Assembly (NCBI GenBank): GCA_951406725.2
Contig: OX597824.1
Span: 98,704,001-98,768,000, forward strand
Length of the DNA: 64,000 nucleotides
Reading direction: 5' to 3'
Origin: Octopus vulgaris
Taxonomy: Eukaryota
The position numbers and the translations under genes were made by a program. Shown here piece after piece: positions 56,526 through 64,000 of the stretch (the first letter of the stretch is position 1; every line of letters begins with the position of its first letter). The notes beneath the pieces are model-generated. The model was not told where the DNA came from and did no database searches. It saw nothing but the letters and a program-made list of their open reading frames with translations.

Positions 56526-57199
56526 GGGGAAAGAAAGAAAGAAAGAAAGAAAGAAAGAAAACGAATAAGCTGTAAAAAAAGAAATAAGTGTCCGTCCAAT
56601 GGTGAGGGGTTCGGGTTGGCACCGGGTGGTCTGCAGAATCAGGACTGACCGAGGGGTGGAGGGGGGATTGAAGAATAAATAAAATCAATAACAACAATGA
56701 CAATTTTAATTAAATCCACTTTCACCAAACAACAATCCTGTCCAATGTTCCTTAACGATGTAATTAGTAATTAGTACAAAGGCGGGACAAGGCCCATTGT
56801 GTTTTAAGTGTCCTCTCAGTCTTGTAATACGACGGTTAAAAGCGGTTGATGAAATACCGAACGTCAGTTCCAGTGGGATTCTCATTTCAGAACAGAAATC
56901 TCTAGGTGTTGTTGTTGTTCTTATTCTTGCAGTAGTAAGAGTTGTTGTTGTTGTTATTGTTTGGCTATAATCAAAAATGTTCCAGCAATGACCATCCCGC
57001 CTCAATTCCTACAGTGCATCATATTGTTTCTTGCTCCTTGAACCGTCACCGTCATCCTTGAATGAACGCCCTCACCCAACCCCCAGCTCGAGCGCCAAAT
57101 GAAAACCATCACAACCGCGTTCGTGAGATTTGAACCCCGACTGAAGATCTTTCGTGCGGCAAAGTACTCAACTGCGCAGCAGGGTGGACTGGTCGTTTT

Positions 57200-57885
57200 C
57201 CACAAAGGTTAGAGGGAAATGGGCTCAAAACGACAATAGAACTGTAATGGAATGTTATAAGAGAAGCGAGCCAACTAAAATAGAATGCACAAAATTTGGA
57301 CAGAGAAAGACATGTTCCCTATCACAGAGCCAAGACTTTTCGACCACAAAACTTAATCGTGAAAAAGCAAAAGCTGCCCCTGGCGGAGATCTCTTCGATA
57401 GTGAATAGCAGAGTCGATACCGAAGAAATGGTAATTTTTTTTTTTTTTTTTTGAAAAATATCAGGATCTGGCCTGACAGCTGAGGAGGAGACTATGGAAG
57501 ACCAATGCTATTATGGAAGATCAAAAAAACAATTATTCCTGTGGTAATTGACAACACCCAGAATGCTGCCTAAAAGACTGAAAGATATTGGAACTGAAAC
57601 TCGCATCGTCGACCTGTAGAAAAGTACCATCCTATATTCTGCAGGAACCCCAGGAACGATTCGCCGAACTTCAAGGTATAATACCCGCTGACTAAATTAG
57701 GGTGCACTAGTGAATTGTAGGGTAGAATCACATCAAAATCTCGCTGCATCTCTAACTGATGTCATTCAGAACCCAGAGCAAATACCTGTCTGGCTGACAC
57801 AAGGAACTACATATCTACCACCAAAAACTGAAGACACAAAAAATCCGATGAACTACCGACCAATAACATGTCTCAACACCACCTA
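57200..57885 (+). mobile_element. Rearranged R4/Dong-like LINE fragments
   Basis: WLTQGTTYLPPKTEDTKNPMNYRPITCLNT (RT domain 1-2) and TIIPVVI / KSTILYSA C-terminal motifs. Confidence 0.65.
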
Positions 57886-58102
57886 ATATTAATGATAATA
57901 ATGTCCTGATGCAGTACCATGCTCTGATGCAGTACCACGCCCTGGTGCAGTACCAGGCAATGGCTCTCATGGCTTCTGAGCTCAACTGATTGGAAATGTT
58001 ATCATGTACATTGTTTTGTCTTAGTATAAAAGATGGGCTACAGCAAGTATTCTGCTCAATACCCCAGATTTGCTTGTCAGTTGTTTGACCTTAACCAGTT
58101 AC

Positions 58103-58281
58103 GAAGAAGAAGAAGAAGAAGAAGAAGAAGAAGAAGAAGAAGAAGAAGAAGAAGAAGAAGAAGAAGAAGAAGAAGAAGAAGAAGAAGAAGAAGAAGAAGA
58201 AGAAGAAGAAGAAGAAGAAGAAGAAGAAGAAGAAGAAGAAGAAGAAGAAGAAGAAGAAGAAGAAGAAGAAGAAGAAGAAGA
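58103..58281. repeat. (GAA)n microsatellite
   Basis: Directly visible. Confidence 0.95.
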
Positions 58282-60394
58282 ATGGATTATAGACAATTTT
58301 CCTTTCATTTCCTCCACATCTCTACAGAAAGTGGTCGGATGATTCAGTCATAACTACTCACTGCGTACACTTGAGGAGACAAGTTTGAAATAGGATCCGC
58401 TTTAAATATAATAAATTTAACAGATTTTCATTGATAGCATCAGTGAAGATAAAGTTTACATAAATATGATGTTTGTACAACGCATAGCTTCATGTCTTCA
58501 GTCAATTAAATGCTGTGTTGTAGAAAATGTTGTTAACGACAAAACGTTCCGGTTGTTTTGCTTGTCTTCCGTCATTGTCTTAACACCAATTACGCCATCT
58601 CTTCTTCGTCAGCTGAAAGCTTTTCACTGTCGACTCAGCCTCGTTTTTCGCTGTTTCAAGCCAATTTTCGTTTTCCATTACTGCTTCACTTCAACCAGAA
58701 ATAACAGTAAACAATAACCAGCCATACGGAACATTGACCGAATGAATAAACAGACAGCGATATCGCCATTTCTTACACAAAGTGGCTCGACGACAGAAAC
58801 GTAGACAAATATGGAATATTCGTCTCTTTGCAAGGACACAAGAACAGATATCAAAATCAGCAGAATCCCGACTGCAGTTCTTAGATTATTGAAACAGATT
58901 TTGACTTACAATATTTTTTCATATTCCGTTAATTCTTTTTACCAATGGTTTCTTTTAGATATTAATCATTTCATCACTTTAACTGCTTTAAACATGTTTT
59001 TCTTAGGCCTTAAATCCAGCAACGTGAATTTCCTTGAATTCCTGTTCATCACGAATAGATTTTTTTTGTTATTTAACATTCGATGTTGATATGTTTTAGA
59101 CCCGCGCACGCAAATGCATATTCATTGATATAAATACAGGAACATTAAATGAAGCAACTTAAGTTGTGTAGAGAAACTGCAACAACCATTTTGCATTCTG
59201 CTGTTTCCACCTTCATCAACGCCCCCCGACACTCATTCAAACCTCGTGGAACATGAAAATAAACCATTTACGTATTATTATTTTTTTTTTTTACAAAATA
59301 ATTTTTCTAACGTTGATCGTCTCACAATTCTACTTGTATGAAAGTTTACGCCATTTAAATTTTCTACAGACGACTTACTTGTATGAATGTGCATCTTGCT
59401 GATTCACGTGCATCATGCACACAGGTGCAGACCTCAGCTGGAGCAAGTGCACCTATTAACTGCATTTTGCGCACTTATCATCTAAACTCAGACCCATTTG
59501 CACCTGTAAACAAACGACATTCTTTCTATCGATCCTTTTGACAGTTCACCATCTCAATACCATTCGTTGCTATTTATAGTTTTGTCTCATCATTTGGTTC
59601 TTGCTACCGTTTATTTCATATTGATCATTATTGATTACCGATCTCTCAGCTGTCTAGGAAGAAGCTAGGCAAACGACTGCTGTCGCGTGTTTTAATTTAG
59701 CCCATCTGAAATGTTCCCCAATCAGACATTGGGCGCATACAAACCATATTTCGGTAGTTGTTGTTGTTGTTGTTGTTGTTGCCTTACATTCGCTCTTGTA
59801 TATTGTTAACAACTACTTTGGCATTGCTTTGACATACTAACTTCAACAGACACGGTTTTTTAATTAATTTATTTCTGCCCATTATCCTCTGATAAACATT
59901 TTCACTTTGAAAGCACGAATGCATGTCTCTATACTTTCTATAATACTTTCAACAGTACGGTACTTTTATTTAATTTATAAAACACGAAAATATTTCGTAT
60001 TTACTTACAAACTCATTTATGTCAACATTTACTTTTGTTTGTTGTTGTAAACTAAGATCTTTGAGCTTCATTGAGTTTGAACCTTGTCTTATTCAACTTA
60101 TTGAATTATTCTACCAACAAGATCAGAAGAGGTTTATTTTCCTTAGGTGCAAGAAATAAAAGAAATTCTGTATAATGCATTCTTGTTATTCCTACAAACA
60201 TTTCTTTCAATTCCTTAACTGCGGGATGGTCATGGTGAGAACAGCTTTGATCATATGTCTGTTAAGATAGCGTTGGTTTGGCGGTAGACAACAATAACAG
60301 ACTTTTTCCTTTATATTATTGAAAAGTGGAAGAAATCACGATAAAAATTCATCTTTACGTTTCACATTTGTTTTCATTTTATTTTCCAATACAG

Positions 60395-60509
60395 TTGCAC
60401 CAAGGTGACCTTCGTATTTCTGGATGTTACCAGCCCGTAGCCGGTAAAATGGTCTTTAATGTTATAGAAGCTAAACACATTCCGAAAGTGACACTGGTTG
60501 GAACTGTCA
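60395..60509 (+). CDS. Synaptotagmin-like gene, start of C2B domain
   Basis: ttttccaatacag|TTG...GTCA|gtgagt, 115 nt, phase 0-1. Encodes LHQGDLRISGCYQPVAGKMVFNVIEAKHIPKVTLVGTV, matching synaptotagmin C2B GDIxxSLxYxPxAGKLxVxIxEAKxL. Confidence 0.92.
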
Positions 60510-60562
60510 GTGAGTATGATATATTTATTTAGACCTGCCTACATTCGTTCATACATACATAC

Positions 60563-61113
60563 ATGGTGGCTGCCCCCTCGTTATCGAGTATGGCCATTGC
60601 ACGAAGCTTAATCAATGTTGTTATCGTGCAATGCCTGTGCAAGAAGATTTTTTTAAGTGAGGAAAGGCTGTGCACTGAGTCAATCCCACTCACTAAGCAA
60701 CAGCAGCCATAATCCGAAAAGAAGAACAAGTCAACATCATCGGTAACCACTGAGCCGCAGGTTTTATTTCGGCGTTATCCCAGTTACCTGACTTACCTTC
60801 TCCTAGAAGGATGCCCTAACAAAGGCTAGGAGTCCTTCACTCCCAATGGTTTAACCGCGCGATCGGGTATTCAGTCCGATTATTTCTATGTCCCCGCGCA
60901 TGATACAGCCTTAAGACATTTATTGGATGGCCGTTGACTCTCAAGAGTTCCTCCGCCCTTTGATGGGTTTTGTTTTTCCTCCCGCAGGGTGTCCGATAAA
61001 CACCCTCCTCACCAAGCAAGCTTGGTGGGGTTACCGGTTTAGTCACCGACGACCCGACCATGCAACAGGTTTTACTGGGTTACATGTTACCAGTAGCACT
61101 CGAAAGTGACCTG
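60563..61113. mobile_element. Non-autonomous interspersed repeat inserted in (CATA)n
   Basis: GC-richer block with sharp boundaries and (CATA)n on both sides. No ORF. Confidence 0.5.
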
Positions 61114-61691
61114 ACATACATACATACATACATACATACATACACACACACAAACACATACATACATACATACATACATACATACATACATACATACATA
61201 CATACATACATACATACATACATACATACATACATACATACATACATAAGCATATACAATATATAAGATTCAACTGGCAAAACGCGAATGGCATTCGCTG
61301 CGCAATTTTGTATCAACGAACAAATTTCTCTCAAAAGGCTTTGTATAAAAACACGCGAATCTCCGAACGGCGACAGCTGACTTCCAGGCACAGTTTTTCG
61401 CTTTGATTCCCCTCGTCAGTCATAGATATTCCTTTGGCCATTTGGATGCTAGACGGGTTTTGCTGATATTATTTAGAAAACAGCAAACAAGGCATTTCTT
61501 GGCGAATGCTGACGCTTGCTCAACTAAAATCAACTCAGCTTTAACAACACAAAGCAGCGACGATCAAAGTAATATTGTGTACAAATATTTTGAACACGTT
61601 AGAATGTGAAAAACATTTGCAGTGGAATTTTGCTGTGGAGAATAAATGTCTCCCTTTAGAATGTGTGCGCGTACTAAGAGGTCAGCGGACC

Positions 61692-61729
61692 ACCAGACGC
61701 CGTGTTTCGACGTGATGCCTCCTCAGTGA
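61692..61729 (-). ncRNA. Minimal type I hammerhead motif
   Basis: Minus strand reads tca-CTGAGGA-ggcatcacgtc-GAAA-cacggcg-TC-tgg, abutting (TATG)n. Confidence 0.6.
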
Positions 61730-62127
61730 CATGTATGTATGTATGTATGTATGTATGTATGTATGTATGTATGTATGTATGTATGTATGTATGTATGTAT
61801 GTATGTATGTATGTATGTTTACTACAAATGATCCATCGTGGTTATTTTACGTTCCCCGTAATTGTGACAGTCATCAGACCACATTTATTTGTCTCAATTT
61901 CTGCTGAATAAGGACTTGGCAAAATACGCTTTAATTCCACAAAGGTGCATAACTCTTAAATAGTAGAAATTAGTTATTTCCCTTAACGGTAGAATAAATT
62001 CTCAAGAACTTTTATAGGTAGAGTCAAAAAGGAATTTAAACTGGCAATAAAAGGAGGGAGATCGGTGGGGCGAATGAATTAAGCACTATAAAAATAAAAT
62101 TCACCGAAAGAATAGTTTGAAGGCTTG

Positions 62128-62272
62128 GCTGCGGGGTAAGAAGTTTGCTTCACAACCACATAGCTCCAGGTTCAGTCCCACTGTGGGGTAGTGTCAGCTA
62201 CTACAGCCTCAGGCCGACCAACGGCTTGTGAGTGGGTTTGGTACACAGAAACTGAAAGCAACGCATTGTATA

Positions 62273-62314
<42 letters not shown>

Positions 62315-62500
62315 TCCTCCACCACCACTTGAAAACCTCTGCTGGTTTGTTTACGACCCCGTAATTGAGAGATTTGGCAAAAAAGACCGATTTGGCTTTA
62401 AAAGTAATAATAAGTCCTGGAGTCAATTCATTCGACTAAAAACTCTTCAAGTCAGTGCCCCAGCATGGCCACAGCCTAATGACTGAAGCAAGGAAACGAA
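62128..62500 (+). mobile_element. tRNA-derived SINE, family A
   Basis: Colinear with 44168-44555. Confidence 0.8.
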
Positions 62501-62668
62501 TGTAATTTTCATTTTTTTTTTTCCATTTCAAATTACATAAAATTTAATTAAATTGATTTAAATTGAATTGAATTGTCGACAACTGATAACCTATCTAACC
62601 ATTGCAATAGATTCGTTTTATTTGATAATTGCTACGACGATGATGATGATGATGTTTTTGCCTTGTAG

Positions 62669-62874
62669 ATCCTTACATCAAAGTGGAGATGTACGTGAAT
62701 GGACTGAGGGAAGCAAAACACAAGACGAAAGTACGTCAGAACATGACGGAACCAGCTTGGCATCACCAGTGTGTCTTTGATATCAACCGAGAAAACCCGA
62801 AACTATTGGGTCACATGTTTGTCTTCACGGTGATGCACAAAGACATGATGACCGGAGCACACAGAATCGGCAAG
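62669..62874 (+). CDS. Synaptotagmin-like gene, C2B core exon (gene continues beyond the window)
   Basis: ttttgccttgtag|AT...AAG|gtaaaa, 206 nt, phase 1-0. Encodes NPYIKVEMYVNGLREAKHKTKVRQNMTEPAWHHQCVFDINRENPKLLGHMFVFTVMHKDMMTGAHRIGK. No terminal exon found before 64000. Confidence 0.92.
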
Positions 62875-63691
62875 GTAAAACATCTTGGACTCTGAGCAAC
62901 AACGACTAACGTAACATGCGCATGACGAGGTTTAACCACTAGCTAGGTTAACCACTCCTTCTTTAAATGTAATATATCTTCAGTATATGTTTCTTCCAAT
63001 CCACGTGGCCACCCTCTCTGGTTTGCACACTCTGCTTAATGGCATTTTGTTCGGGGTGCTAGCACTTCTGCCAGCTCACCTCCTCATCTGTGGTTGACAT
63101 ATTGAACAGAAATTAACAAGGTGCAAACTGGCAGGCTTATTAGCACTTGAGAGAAAATGCTTGGCTAACAAAACTGAACATTAATTAACTGTGGCTAACA
63201 AAACTGAACATTGATTTTAAAAAGTTTAACATTTGCTCACATGAATATAACTAAATGCAGCAGCTTTGGAATCAAGGATTCATCTAGGTTTCATAGCCAG
63301 AAGGAGTACTCAATACAGGATCCTTATACTAACATGTCTGGAATTCCATCAACTTCACTATTATCTGGCTACGTGACTGAGCAGGGAAAGTATATAAGTC
63401 GAATTTAGTGTCAACAAATGAAAGTGGCACAGTTGGCTGCATTGAGAGAATGAATGGGGGGGGGGGGGGCTAAGTCAAGAGGGCCTTGGGCAAGGATCAA
63501 CAGTTCGAATCCTGTCATCAAAGCTGTGTTGTTACCTTAGACAAGGCATTAAACTCTCACATGTATTATACTCCACCAAACCTGCAACATGTAGGAAATT
63601 GATGAATGGTTTACTGGTTTACAGTGCTGCATTCAATTCCTTCACTAAAAGAGCTACATGGAAGAGACTTGTCTCTATCCAGGAAGAGATT

Positions 63692-63761
<70 letters not shown>

Positions 63762-64000
63762 TCCTCTATTTAACCTTACAAATATCAGACAAAGAATGGT
63801 AGTTCTATCGATTCTTGAGATCTGGGAAAAAGAGATGTTTTTTCCTTAATTCTAAATGGCATGTTGATGCCAGTGCAAGATGCTTGGTAGAATGGAGGAT
63901 CAGCCACCTGGCAAAGGATTTGAACTCCTGACCAAGGTTCACACTGATTCCCATGTTATTGGGTTCAATAAGTACCAGTAATATATTTAGGTTAATTCAA

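Noticed and set aside
58540-58620. CTGACGA and GGAAcgttttgTC on the minus strand (similar weak hits near 2170, 19990 and 53120)
   Set aside because: Stems could not be closed convincingly, so these were not counted as HHRs.

Overview
This is AT-rich eukaryotic (animal) genomic DNA packed with microsatellites. The SINE, LINE and Penelope repeat landscape suggests an octopus or other coleoid cephalopod (inference, not verified). One spliced plus-strand gene spans 13.5 kb to beyond the window end. Eight GT-AG exons with consistent phases (13516/13548-13926, 44661-44828, 48002-48141, 49260-49424, 50962-51081, 53502-53708, 60395-60509, 62669-62874) join into 500 open codons from ATG 13548. They encode a synaptotagmin-like tandem-C2 protein that has lost most Ca2+-ligand aspartates and carries a 4 x 20-aa RRxS repeat near its N-terminus. 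Introns and flanks hold Tx1-like, CR1-like, RLE-type (R4/Dong-like) and RTE-like LINE fragments, a decayed mariner, and many tRNA-derived SINEs. The most striking unannotated signal is about 11 type-I hammerhead-ribozyme (HHR) motifs (CUGANGA...GAAA-palindrome-GUA/GUC). Several lie in (TA)n-flanked fold-back elements where an upstream inverted arm is complementary to the ribozyme's cleavage-site half. These look like Penelope-derived, non-autonomous ribozyme hairpin elements inside the gene's pre-mRNA. Nearly all ORFs in the supplied track are microsatellite artefacts.
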